A DNA stretch of 32,000 bases from Candidatus Electrothrix sp. GW3-4 (GCF_037902255.1 NZ_CP147990.1:4080001-4112000), one strand, 5' to 3'. Positions 16,633-25,434 are shown, counted from the first letter of the stretch. The notes: generated by a model from the sequence alone, not told the origin. Program-made: numbers and translations.

Positions 16633-16894
16633 TCTTGTTCTCCTTGTCGTGTAAAAAAAGACTGTTTGCCTGCTTGGAGCTGATCAGCTCACTGAGCACA
16701 TAATCCGCCCGTTCTTCGTCGGTGGTAAACCGAGTCCCGAGAAAATCCTCAAAGAAAAAGAGCTTCAGAACAGCAAACATGATAATCAATTTGATACAGA
16801 TAATTTTCCATAGGGTCTTGCCAACGGTCATGTTGCGAAAGCCATCACGATAAAATCGGTAGGCTTCCTGAAATACGCTCTGGTGCTCCTTCAC
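16625..16894 (-). CDS. Small membrane protein, DUF4492-like (family identity from memory)
   Basis: The 89-aa sequence YRFYRDGFRNMTVGKTLWKIICIKLIIMFAVLKLFFF resembles the small proteins encoded next to cydA in Bacteroidota. The GTG start has GGGGAAGGA upstream. It sits 12 nt after the cydB stop and overlaps the cydA start by 8 nt. Confidence 0.6.
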   Translation of the reverse strand: MKEHQSVFQEAYRFYRDGFRNMTVGKTLWKIICIKLIIMFAVLKLFFFEDFLGTRFTTDEERADYVLSELISSKQANSLFLHDKENKND

Positions 16895-16906
16895 AGGTCC
16901 TTCCCC

Positions 16907-18055
16907 TTAATACATTTCACCGGCCTCAGGGTTTGCCAGTTCCCCAACAGAGAGTTTTTTTCCATCCATTGCCTGCCATACATAGGCGATGTAGGCCAAG
17001 ACAAGGGGAATAGCCAAGGCGACCCAGGTCATGGTTTGCAGGGTGAAGAGGGTTGAAGAGGCATTATGGATAGTCAGGCTGGATTGTAAATCCACCTTGG
17101 AGGGATAAAAGGCCGTGTTATGAAAGCCAGCCAGCCCAAAAACGGTCATTCCGACCAGGAAGCTGCCCAAACCACCCAACCAGACACCACTCTTTTGGGT
17201 CGTTTGGGCTGCCAGCAAGACACCGGCAATCACCAAAACCAAGCCAATAGCCAGAGAACCAGCCAGGGCGGGGACCTCTATCAAGTTTATAAGATATTTT
17301 CGGGAAAGAAGTTCTATCTGACCGGCCTCATTCACCGCATATCCCTGCATCAGGAGAATCATGACCAGGAAACAGGCCAGAAAAGGGAGGCTGATATAAA
17401 AATTCTTCAACACAGCCTGACGTAGGCGCCCTTCCAGCTCTTCGCTTCCTTTAAAATCAATATTATTGATTAAATACATAGCCCCGAGTACACGGGAGTT
17501 AAAAACCAAAAAAAGCCCCAAGGCCAGATTGAAGATGGAGAAGGCCGCTTCAAGTCCGCGCAACGGGTTGGTCCAGCTCATCAGGTTATACCTGTCCAAG
17601 GTGAAATTCGAGCCAGTAAAGAAGGTGCCTACCGCTGCCCCGATAAGGAGGACTCCGACAGAACCATTGACAAAGAGAAAAACATCAAAGACCTTGGTCC
17701 CCAAGACATTATTCGATTTGCTGCGATACTCATAACTGACCGCCTGGAGAACAAAGGTGAACAGAATGAGCATCCACACCCAATATGCTCCACCAAATGA
17801 CGTCGCGTAAAATTTTGGAAACGCAGCGAACATAGCACCGCCAAAGGTGACAAGGGTGGTAAAGGTGAGCTCCCATTTTCTGCCCAGTGAATTGGCAATA
17901 AGACTTTTCTCTTTGTCTGTTTTTGCCAGCTGAGCAAGTAAGGTCTGCCCCCCCTGCACAAAAAAGAGAAAGATCAGGAGCGATCCAAGCACAGAGCAAA
18001 TAAGCCACCAGAGTTCTTGCAACTGGGCAAGTGTTGCGGTTCCAATCCAATTCAT
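16907..18055 (-). CDS. cydB: Cytochrome bd-type quinol oxidase subunit II
   Basis: LQELWWLICSVLGSLLIF, FAAFPKFYATSFGGAYWVWMLILFTFVLQAVSYEYRSK and the C-terminal SLTIHNASSTLFTLQTMTWVALAIPLVLAY parallel E. coli CydB. There is a GAGGAA RBS. Confidence 0.9.
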   Translation of the reverse strand: MNWIGTATLAQLQELWWLICSVLGSLLIFLFFVQGGQTLLAQLAKTDKEKSLIANSLGRKWELTFTTLVTFGGAMFAAFPKFYATSFGGAYWVWMLILFTFVLQAVSYEYRSKSNNVLGTKVFDVFLFVNGSVGVLLIGAAVGTFFTGSNFTLDRYNLMSWTNPLRGLEAAFSIFNLALGLFLVFNSRVLGAMYLINNIDFKGSEELEGRLRQAVLKNFYISLPFLACFLVMILLMQGYAVNEAGQIELLSRKYLINLIEVPALAGSLAIGLVLVIAGVLLAAQTTQKSGVWLGGLGSFLVGMTVFGLAGFHNTAFYPSKVDLQSSLTIHNASSTLFTLQTMTWVALAIPLVLAYIAYVWQAMDGKKLSVGELANPEAGEMY

Positions 18056-18191
18056 GAAAAGTTCCTCAAAGGTTGAAGGGATGGAAAAGGGTTGATACTG
18101 TATAGTTCAAGCATCCTTAAGAGAAGAAAGATGCCAATTATCTGCTGGCGAGAAAACAAAAATACCTTTCTTCAAATGTGACCTTTTTAAG

Positions 18192-18219
18192 GATATAGGA
18201 ATTTTTTTTTCTATGTCAA
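18192..18219 (-). promoter_or_regulatory. Candidate sigma70-type promoter for the cyd operon
   Basis: On the minus strand: TTGACA, a 16-nt spacer, then TATATC, about 135 nt upstream of the cydB ATG in an A+T-rich divergent region. Confidence 0.3.
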
Positions 18220-18386
18220 TGTGTAATATCAGTAACATCTTCTTTTTCTAAGTAACTCCCAGATCACGCCGCACGTAAGAATCTTTTTTAATTAGTATTT
18301 ACATGCAAAAAAATGCTTTTTTATGCGTTTACTTTTTATACATCCGACAAAAACACCCTTTCTTATTCCCTCAGAAAGAAAGGGTA

Positions 18387-18415
18387 TTGACAGGAGAAAG
18401 AATATACCTTTTAAT
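18387..18415 (+). promoter_or_regulatory. Candidate sigma70-type promoter for the MepK-like gene
   Basis: TTGACA (18387-18392), a 17-nt spacer, then TTTAAT (18410-18415). A 9-bp perfect stem-loop, CCCTTTCTT/AAGAAAGGG (18356-18384), precedes it. Confidence 0.35.
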
Positions 18416-18506
18416 AAATATATTGCGTATCATTTCAAACCGTTTGAATACAAATTATGTGGTCATCAAAATACCTTGCACAAAAACATAACCAAAGGAG
18501 TAGATT

Positions 18507-19064
18507 ATGAATAGACGTTCTTTTCTCGCCTTGGGAGCAAAGGCTGCTGTCGGGCTTTGCCTTGCCCAAGCTGCTCCAGCTTGGGCGAGCATACCCTCAT
18601 CTCGATCCGAACTGTCCCAAAAAAGAAAGACCCTCTCGTTTTATCATACCCACACCCGTGAACGACTCGATATAGCCTATGCCAAATCAGGAGAATATGA
18701 CCTGGAGGCCTTAGCCCAAATAAACACCTATCTCCGTGATTTTCGCACCTCAGAAATTCATTCTATTGATCCGGCTGTCCTGGATATTCTCTGGACAATA
18801 CAGCAAAAAATGTGCTGCAATAGTACATATGAAGTTATCTCCGGCTATCGTTCGCCGAAAACCAACCAACAACTTCGCAAAAAGAGTAACGGGGTAGCAA
18901 AACGCAGTCTCCATATGAAAGGTCAGGCAATTGACGTGCGCATTACCGGAGAAAAAACCAAGACCGTCCGAGATTGCGCAATCTCACTCAAATCCGGTGG
19001 CGTAGGATATTATGCAAAATCAAATTTTGTTCATATCGATACCGGTCGAGTCCGCTCCTGGTAA
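18507..19064 (+). CDS. Tat-exported DUF882 / peptidase M15A family protein (YcbK/MepK-like murein endopeptidase)
   Basis: The twin-arginine signal is MNRRSFLALGAKAAVGLCLAQAAPAWA. Also present: SGYRSPKTNQ, RSLHMKGQAIDVRI and FVHIDTGRVRSW. AAGGAG lies 7 nt upstream. Confidence 0.85.
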   Translation: MNRRSFLALGAKAAVGLCLAQAAPAWASIPSSRSELSQKRKTLSFYHTHTRERLDIAYAKSGEYDLEALAQINTYLRDFRTSEIHSIDPAVLDILWTIQQKMCCNSTYEVISGYRSPKTNQQLRKKSNGVAKRSLHMKGQAIDVRITGEKTKTVRDCAISLKSGGVGYYAKSNFVHIDTGRVRSW

Positions 19065-19074
19065 TCCCCTGAAA

Positions 19075-19118
19075 GGGAACACATGGATGGGCTGATTCGT
19101 GTTCCCTGTTTTCCTTCT
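19075..19118 (+). terminator. Intrinsic terminator after the MepK-like gene
   Basis: An 8-bp stem GGGAACAC/GTGTTCCC (19075-19082 / 19099-19106) is followed by TGTTTTCCTTCTGCTTCTTTTCTG. Confidence 0.6.
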
Positions 19119-19209
19119 GCTTCTTTTCTGCTGGCGCTCTCCTTGCCTTACCGTCTCTCTAAAAAATCACCTTGTTTCAGCCTGTTCTCGTTTTTCGTTT
19201 ATATAAAAA

Positions 19210-19253
19210 TCATGTTTTGTTGTCCCGGCCTGCCGGGATGAGGGGGACATCAA
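19210..19253 (+). repeat. Hairpin-containing repeat element, copy B
   Basis: TCATGTTTTGTTG, then the hairpin TCCCGG-CCTG-CCGGGA, then TGAGGGGGACATCAA. It contains the exact 17-mer shared with 14645-14661, and its 3' tail (ACATCAA) matches copy A2. Confidence 0.75.
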
Positions 19254-19445
19254 TTTTGTTTCCCCTCACTGAACGGAAGAGTTTACACTATCAGAAAAGA
19301 AGGGTATGCAAGACACAACCGCTGTTCATGAATCAACTGAAAGAGGAAAAACGCGTATCCATAAGGTGGTCAATGGAATTCAGTTTTTTCTTTCTTCGAT
19401 CAAATTCCAGGCTATATAATCGTTCCATAAATACTACATAAAAAA

Positions 19446-20345
19446 ATGTTCGATATTCAACAATATCTTAGAGAGCAACGTCTGCTTGTGGAAAATGGCC
19501 TGCAACGATACATGATGCCAGAGCAAGGGGATTTTTCCGCTCATATTGAATCGATGCGTTATAGCCTCTTTGTCGGAGGAAAACGAATACGACCTATCCT
19601 CTGTCTTGCAGCAGGACGTACTGTCTGTGCCGCCCCGGAGATCGAAGAGAAATTACTGCCTGCTGCCTGTGCCCTCGAATGTATCCACACCTACTCCTTA
19701 ATTCATGACGATCTCCCTGCAATGGACAACGATGATCTGCGGCGAGGGCAGCCCACCTGTCATAAAAAATTCGGAGAGGCCGAAGCGATCCTGGCCGGTG
19801 ACGGCCTGCTGACCTATGCCTTTGCCTTGCTCAGCAATCCTGATCTGCCCGGCCCGGAAACAGCAACACGTCTACAGCTCATTACCGTTCTGGCTCATGC
19901 CGCAGGATCCCAGGGAATGGTGGGCGGGCAATACCTGGATATCGCCAGCGAGAAAAAAACGATTTCCTTTGACCAGCTCAAAACAATTCATCGCTCCAAA
20001 ACCGGGGCCTTGATCACTGCGGCGATCCATATGGGCGCCCTTGCTGGCCAGGCCGATCAGGGGCAGCTTGAGGCCTTGACGCGCTATGGGGATGCTGTGG
20101 GACTGGCCTTCCAGATCGTTGATGACCTGCTGGATGTTACCGCTTCAACAGAACAGCTGGGAAAAACGGCAGGCACAGATGCACAGCAGGGAAAGGCTAC
20201 CTATCCGGCCTTTTTTGGTGAAGAGAAAACCCGTGCTCTGGCAAAGGAGGCTGTGGCGTCTGCTCAGAAAGCCCTTGCTTCTTTTGATGAGCGTGCAGAG
20301 CCGTTACGCGTCCTGGCCCAGTATATTTACCAACGAACATGTTGA
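19446..20345 (+). CDS. ispA: Farnesyl/geranyl(geranyl) diphosphate synthase (short-chain trans-prenyltransferase)
   Basis: The first DDxxD motif is LIHDDLPAMDNDDLRRG and the second is FQIVDDLLD. The ORF is 299 aa. Confidence 0.9.
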   Translation: MFDIQQYLREQRLLVENGLQRYMMPEQGDFSAHIESMRYSLFVGGKRIRPILCLAAGRTVCAAPEIEEKLLPAACALECIHTYSLIHDDLPAMDNDDLRRGQPTCHKKFGEAEAILAGDGLLTYAFALLSNPDLPGPETATRLQLITVLAHAAGSQGMVGGQYLDIASEKKTISFDQLKTIHRSKTGALITAAIHMGALAGQADQGQLEALTRYGDAVGLAFQIVDDLLDVTASTEQLGKTAGTDAQQGKATYPAFFGEEKTRALAKEAVASAQKALASFDERAEPLRVLAQYIYQRTC

Positions 20346-20502
20346 CGATGCGGGACTGGGCTCATACTGTTCCGATATACCGTCATACTGACGGAGTTAA
20401 AATAAAAACAGACACGATGTTGTTTTTGAGCATCTCTGAAGAGCAGGAGCCCTGTACCGACTGCCAGCAATGGGCGATACACAACAAAAACCCCCATGAA
20501 GA

Positions 20503-23229
20503 ATGAAAAAATTCTTTGCCTCCATACCTGTCAAAATATCTCTTTCTATCCTGGGAATAGAGACATTATTATTAGCGCTCATGGGGTATTATTATACCCA
20601 TAAATTCTGTGAGGAAATTGATCGAAATCTAAGAAATAAAATTTCCATGCCTGCTGTGCTCTTGTCTCAGCAGGATCTCAACGTGAATACGGTCATCAAT
20701 ATCGACTCGTTTGCAAAGCTCCTTCAGGAAAAGATTCACGATGTCTTTATCGTCCAACCCAATGGGATGATATATGATTCAGCCCATCCTGAACGGCTTA
20801 ATTCTTATTACGAACGCTATCTTGATAAGCATGAAAGAGAACAGTTTCAAAAGGTCAATCAGTATTTCTCAGAACAGCAAATAATTTCCCATCGACATAA
20901 GAAAAAAAATTTTATCTCTCTCCTGTCTCCCCTGAAAAAGGGAAACCATCTCATAGGTGTTCTCTATATAAAACTCGATGGCGATGTTATCGCAGATCGA
21001 AAAGATGAGATTATAACGTTTTTTTTTATTGGATCGATCCTTACGATCTTCTTGACCTCCCTCTTTGAGGTCTTGCTTCTCCATTACCTTTTTGTGCCCA
21101 GAATCAATAAAACCAGGGCAGCACTGAGCCTTGTTGAACAAGGCAACCTTTCCGTCCGCATCCCGCATGCCGATTCACAGGATCAACTGGGCAGTTTAAT
21201 GCGCCATGTCAATAGAATTATAGCTGCAACCGAACGAAATACGCACCTCCTCAAGATGGTGAATGAAGCTGGCGCCTCTTTTGTGACTGCTGACAGCCTG
21301 GAAAAACTTTCCGAGCTGATCAATAGGGAGGTAAGCAATCTCCAGAGCTATGTCGCAAAAACAGCCTACCTTGCTCCACAGTCTCAGGAGAGAAAAAATC
21401 ACGTTCTTTCCCCTGCCCCGGACCCGGACCAAGGATTCCAATTGCCTTCGCTCGATTCCTCCTCTGATGAGGAGAAGCGAGAAGGAGATGAAGAAAAATT
21501 TCTTTTCTCCCTCCTCACTATGGCAAACTGTGCTTTTTTCCGCCTCCGATCCTGGCAGAAAACGCGGGAAGCGGAAAAAAAATACCGCACTTTTTTCTCA
21601 TCAGCAGTGGAAGGGATATTCAGCTACTCTATTGATGGGGTACTGCAAGTTGCCAACCCCTCCTTAGCAAAAATGATGGGATACCAGAGTCCACGATCCA
21701 TGATTGACCAGTTTGAACGGGAAAAAAGCCTGCTTTTCGGGAGTGAAGAAGAGCAGAAAAACCTGCTTAAACGAATAACTGAGCAGGAGCAGATTCAGGA
21801 TGTGGAAATCCGCCCTCAACGTGCTGACGGCTTCCGTTTCTGGGCCTCGCTGACCGCCCATATAAAAAGAGATCAAGCAGGAGAACCAGTTGCCATAGAG
21901 GGGCGCATTGCCAATATTGAAGAACGAAAGAGGAGGGAAAAGATAGAATATGATTATTTGACCGCTAAAGCGGCCAACCAGGCGAAATCAGAAATGCTCG
22001 GAGAACTGGAGGTCAAAAATAGAGAGCTTGAAAAAACCCTTGCTGAACTCCATGATACCCAACTCCGCATGATTCAAGCCGAGCGTATGGCCGCCATTGG
22101 TATGACCGCCAGCGGTGTGGCCCATGATCTCAACAATATTCTTGCCGGGGTGGTGAATTATGCTGAGCTGATATTGTATCAGCTCCCAGAGAAGAGCCCC
22201 TTAAAGGTATCCGCTCAAAGTATTCTCGAATCCGGCAAACGAGCAACTGATGTGGTTGCCGACCTGCTGACTTTAACCAGAGGGACAGCTCATAATAGAA
22301 TACCGGTCCAGTTAAACTCGATTATTACCGAGTATCTTGCCTCAGCAGAATTTCAATACCTCTCTGAACAACATCCCCACATAGATATTACCCCCTCTCT
22401 TGCTCCAGACCTTTTTCCTGTTCTCGGAGTTCCTGTCTATCTTCATAAAATGATTATGAACCTTGTTACCAATAGCTTTGAGGCGATTGAGGCACGAGGA
22501 GATAGGGGGGAGGTCAACATTTTTACCGAAAACATGGTCATATCTCCAGCTGAAGATCTTTCCTCTCGGGATGCAGGAGAATATGTTGTCGTTAAAATCA
22601 TGGATAACGGAGCGGGTATTGTCCAGAGTGATCTCCACCATATCTACGAGCCTTTCTTTACCAAAAAGGCCTTAGGACGCAGCGGCACCGGGCTTGGCTT
22701 AACCATGGTCCAGAACGCCGTGATGGAGCATAATGGAACGATTGAGGTGGACAGCAATGCCCAGGGGACAACGTTTACTCTCTGCCTGCCAGCAGCCATG
22801 GAAGGCAAACCAGATGTCCTGGACAACAAAAATCATGAAGAAAACAAGCTCATTAAAGGCAGCGGAACAATTCTTGTTGTTGATGATAATCCGACAATAC
22901 GTGAAATAACACAGTCAATCCTTATAGAATCAGGATACACCGTTTATTTGGCCCAATCAGGGGAAGAGGCCGTACAATTTTGCCAGGGACAGGAGGTGGA
23001 CCTTATCCTCCTTGATATGCTTATGCCGCCAGGAATGAACGGTCGCCAAACCTTTGCTGCAATCCGCAAAATACATCCGCAGCAAAAGGCCTTGCTTGTC
23101 AGCGGATATTCTGAAGATGCGGAGGTCCAGAAGGCTCTGGCAGCAGGGTGCTCCGGCTTTCTGAAAAAACCCTACAGCATGTCACAACTCTCACGTCTGC
23201 TCAAACAAGTGATAACCAACAAGGGGTAA
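20503..23229 (+). CDS. Hybrid sensor histidine kinase (2 TM + periplasmic domain, HAMP, PAS, HisKA, HATPase_c, C-terminal receiver)
   Basis: TM helices flank a loop of about 140 aa. The H-box is ASGVAHDLNNILAGV, with N/G boxes (NLVTNSFEA, DNGAGI, GTGLGLTMV). The receiver reads ILVVDDNPTIREI...DLILLDMLMPPGMNG...LKKPYS. Confidence 0.9.
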   Translation: MKKFFASIPVKISLSILGIETLLLALMGYYYTHKFCEEIDRNLRNKISMPAVLLSQQDLNVNTVINIDSFAKLLQEKIHDVFIVQPNGMIYDSAHPERLNSYYERYLDKHEREQFQKVNQYFSEQQIISHRHKKKNFISLLSPLKKGNHLIGVLYIKLDGDVIADRKDEIITFFFIGSILTIFLTSLFEVLLLHYLFVPRINKTRAALSLVEQGNLSVRIPHADSQDQLGSLMRHVNRIIAATERNTHLLKMVNEAGASFVTADSLEKLSELINREVSNLQSYVAKTAYLAPQSQERKNHVLSPAPDPDQGFQLPSLDSSSDEEKREGDEEKFLFSLLTMANCAFFRLRSWQKTREAEKKYRTFFSSAVEGIFSYSIDGVLQVANPSLAKMMGYQSPRSMIDQFEREKSLLFGSEEEQKNLLKRITEQEQIQDVEIRPQRADGFRFWASLTAHIKRDQAGEPVAIEGRIANIEERKRREKIEYDYLTAKAANQAKSEMLGELEVKNRELEKTLAELHDTQLRMIQAERMAAIGMTASGVAHDLNNILAGVVNYAELILYQLPEKSPLKVSAQSILESGKRATDVVADLLTLTRGTAHNRIPVQLNSIITEYLASAEFQYLSEQHPHIDITPSLAPDLFPVLGVPVYLHKMIMNLVTNSFEAIEARGDRGEVNIFTENMVISPAEDLSSRDAGEYVVVKIMDNGAGIVQSDLHHIYEPFFTKKALGRSGTGLGLTMVQNAVMEHNGTIEVDSNAQGTTFTLCLPAAMEGKPDVLDNKNHEENKLIKGSGTILVVDDNPTIREITQSILIESGYTVYLAQSGEEAVQFCQGQEVDLILLDMLMPPGMNGRQTFAAIRKIHPQQKALLVSGYSEDAEVQKALAAGCSGFLKKPYSMSQLSRLLKQVITNKG

Positions 23230-23373
23230 GCAAAGGGATCAAATAAATAGCAACGTATTTTCAGATTAGTATCTCATCGTTTTCGCCCTGTGATGTTTTT
23301 AACATAACTGTAAATATCCAAGCTTTTTCAAACAAAAAAGTGCTACATTATTGGCGAGCAAACAGACAAAATC

Positions 23374-23401
23374 TTGCTCTACCAAGAGAATAGGTTATAC
23401 T
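23374..23401 (+). promoter_or_regulatory. Candidate sigma70-type promoter for the GltD/NfnB-like gene
   Basis: TTGCTC, a 16-nt spacer, then TATACT, about 50 nt upstream of ATG 23453. Confidence 0.35.
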
Positions 23402-23452
23402 TAGCGCCATTTTAATTTTATGATCAGAACTAATAGTGTCGTAGGAGGTGTA

Positions 23453-24874
23453 ATGAAACCGGCAGAACGAATGGCTATCCCCCGGCAGAATCCCCAGGAA
23501 CTTGATCCGGCTGAGCGAATAAAAAATTTTCAGGAAGTCACTGCGGGCTATGATGAAGAGACCGCAATACTTGAGGCTCAGCGCTGTTTGCAATGCAAAA
23601 AACCGGCTTGTGTAGACGGCTGCCCGATCCGTAATGACATTCCAGGATTTATCGCCTTGCTTCGGGACAAGAAATTCGAGGAAGCCTATTGGAAAGTACG
23701 GGAAACAAGCACCATGCCCTCAGTCTGTTCTCGCGTCTGTCCCCATGAATTTCAATGCGAAGGCAGCTGCCTGCGCGGAAAAAAAGGCGAACCGGTAGCC
23801 ATCGGTATGCTGGAGCGATTTCTCACCGATTGGATGGTCGCCAACAAGAAAGCAATGAACAAAGACTGTGCCATGGCCAACGGACGCAAGGTTGCCATTG
23901 TTGGCTCCGGGCCAGCCGGGATTACAGCGGCCCATGTGTTGGCTCACCAGGGCTACAAATGCACCATCTACGAATCCCTACCCGTGTTCGGTGGCATGCT
24001 CTCCGTGGGTATCCCTCACTATCGCTTGCCGCGCGATATCATCGGCGCAGAGCTTGCAGCCCTGAAGAGCTGTGGGGTGGAGATCAAACTCGGCGTGACC
24101 ATCGGCAAGGATAAAACCCTCCAGGAGCTCCGGGAGGACGGGTATGATTCCGTCTTTATCGGTGTGGGTGCCCATGAGGGCCGTCGCTTAGGGATTGAGG
24201 GAGAAGACACCACCAAGGGGGTGCTGCATGGTGTGGATTATCTCCGCCGGGTGCTGACTGGCGAAACCGTGGATATCGGCAAAAAGGTGGTTGTGGTTGG
24301 TGGCGGCAATGTGGCTATCGATGTGGCCAGAACAGCCCTGCGTACCGGCTCTGACGAGGTGTTTATTCTTTATCGACGCACCAAGGAAGAGATGCCTGCT
24401 TCTGGAGCAGAGATCCATCACCTTGAGGAAGAAGGCGTTCGGGTGGAAATCCTGGCCACCCCGGTGAAGATCCTTGCGGATGAAAAGAATCAGCTCACCG
24501 GGGTCGAGTGTGTCAGGATGGAACTCGGTGAACCCGATGAATCCGGTCGCCGCCGCCCAGTGGTTAAGGAAGGCTCAAACTTTATCATTGAAGCAGATTC
24601 CATCATCCCGGCCATCAGTCAAAAGGTTCAGCATGATGCGGATAAGGGGACTGATCTCAAGCTGGAATCCTGGGGTACCTACTCGGTAAATTCTCGCACC
24701 CTCCAGACCTCGGTTCCCTGGATCTTTGCTGGAGGAGATAATGTTCTTGGTCCCCAGACTGCGGCCAAGGCGGTCTATCAGGGTAAGGTTGCAGCCGAAT
24801 CCATGCAGCGTTTTATGGAAGGCAAAGACCTTGAAGAAGGACGGGATCTCTCCTGTTATATGGTGGATTGGTAA
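23453..24874 (+). CDS. NAD(P)H-dependent FAD/Fe-S oxidoreductase of the glutamate synthase small-subunit family (GltD / NfnB / SudA-like)
   Basis: N-terminal Cys clusters CLQCKKPACVDGCP and CSRVCPHEFQCEGSC, and dinucleotide folds KVAIVGSGPAGITAA and KVVVVGGGNVAID. AGGAGG lies immediately upstream of ATG 23453, whereas the track ORF starts 11 codons earlier. Confidence 0.85.
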   Translation: MKPAERMAIPRQNPQELDPAERIKNFQEVTAGYDEETAILEAQRCLQCKKPACVDGCPIRNDIPGFIALLRDKKFEEAYWKVRETSTMPSVCSRVCPHEFQCEGSCLRGKKGEPVAIGMLERFLTDWMVANKKAMNKDCAMANGRKVAIVGSGPAGITAAHVLAHQGYKCTIYESLPVFGGMLSVGIPHYRLPRDIIGAELAALKSCGVEIKLGVTIGKDKTLQELREDGYDSVFIGVGAHEGRRLGIEGEDTTKGVLHGVDYLRRVLTGETVDIGKKVVVVGGGNVAIDVARTALRTGSDEVFILYRRTKEEMPASGAEIHHLEEEGVRVEILATPVKILADEKNQLTGVECVRMELGEPDESGRRRPVVKEGSNFIIEADSIIPAISQKVQHDADKGTDLKLESWGTYSVNSRTLQTSVPWIFAGGDNVLGPQTAAKAVYQGKVAAESMQRFMEGKDLEEGRDLSCYMVDW

Positions 24875-24904
24875 AGAAATCCTCAAGCCTCCCTTCAATC
24901 TGCT

Positions 24905-24949
24905 GGCTTATAGACGGGTAGAACCTTGCTTCTGCCCGTCTATAGAGCC
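24905..24949 (+). terminator. Stem-loop 31 nt after the oxidoreductase stop (terminator or stabiliser; no U-tract)
   Basis: A 10-bp perfect stem TATAGACGGG/CCCGTCTATA (24909-24918 / 24935-24944) is extendable with one bulge to GGCT/AGCC. No T-run follows it. Confidence 0.35.
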
Positions 24950-25360
24950 CCCTTCATCATCTCACCTCCTGTCTCAATCAAGACAAGGGCATTTCTCACG
25001 CAATCCGCACAGCCGCCATAACCTACCGCTGTCATCATTGTAGATATATCCCAGGGTAGCGGTGTACCCATTGACCGGACGATGACGGCCAGGGTGCCAA
25101 CACAGATGACCTTCAACCTAAACTACTCCCGTTGTTTGGTCTGAATTACGAGCGATGTTTTTTTCAATCATCACTGGATAAGTGATCCAAACTACGCTCG
25201 ATGAATTTTTGGAAAGACGGGGGGTGCTATGGGAATTGGAGCGAGGGAATCATTGTGAGGTGAACCTGTGCCCCTGCTTCTATCTGTATTGCTGTGTGGT
25301 TTGAAAAGATACTATGGCACACCGAGCAGTAATTGGTTGTAATTATTTATATTAAATTTA

Positions 25361-25434
25361 TAACTGGTTACAAACAATGCGGCTGCAACACTGTGATGTA
25401 AATAAAATGCATAGATAACTGATTACAAAAAACT
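25361..25434 (+). repeat. Pair of 19-bp direct repeats in the A+T-rich island
   Basis: TAACTGGTTACAAACAATG (25361-25379) and TAACTGATTACAAAAAACT (25416-25434). A weaker relative, TTGGTTGTAATTATTT, is at 25333-25348. Confidence 0.7.

Noticed and set aside
15871-16683. A 270-aa + strand ORF antisense to cydA
   Set aside because: It overlaps a confidently identified cydA, and its sequence (Gly/His/Pro/Lys-rich) has no motif or RBS support.
25315-25330. TGGCAC at 25315-25320 as a sigma54 -24 element
   Set aside because: The required GC of the -12 element is not at the GG-N10-GC spacing (the sequence reads TGGCACACCGAGCAGT), and no enhancer-binding protein gene is adjacent.
25347-25357. TTATATTAAAT resembles the XerD arm of the proteobacterial dif site (TTATGTTAAAT, 10/11), at a point of convergent gene orientation
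   Set aside because: The adjacent 6-nt centre (AATTAT) and the would-be XerC arm (TAATTGGTTGT) do not resemble GGTGCGCATAA/TGTATA. A half-site match in A+T-rich DNA is easily chance. A replicon-wide GC-skew analysis is needed before this is taken seriously.
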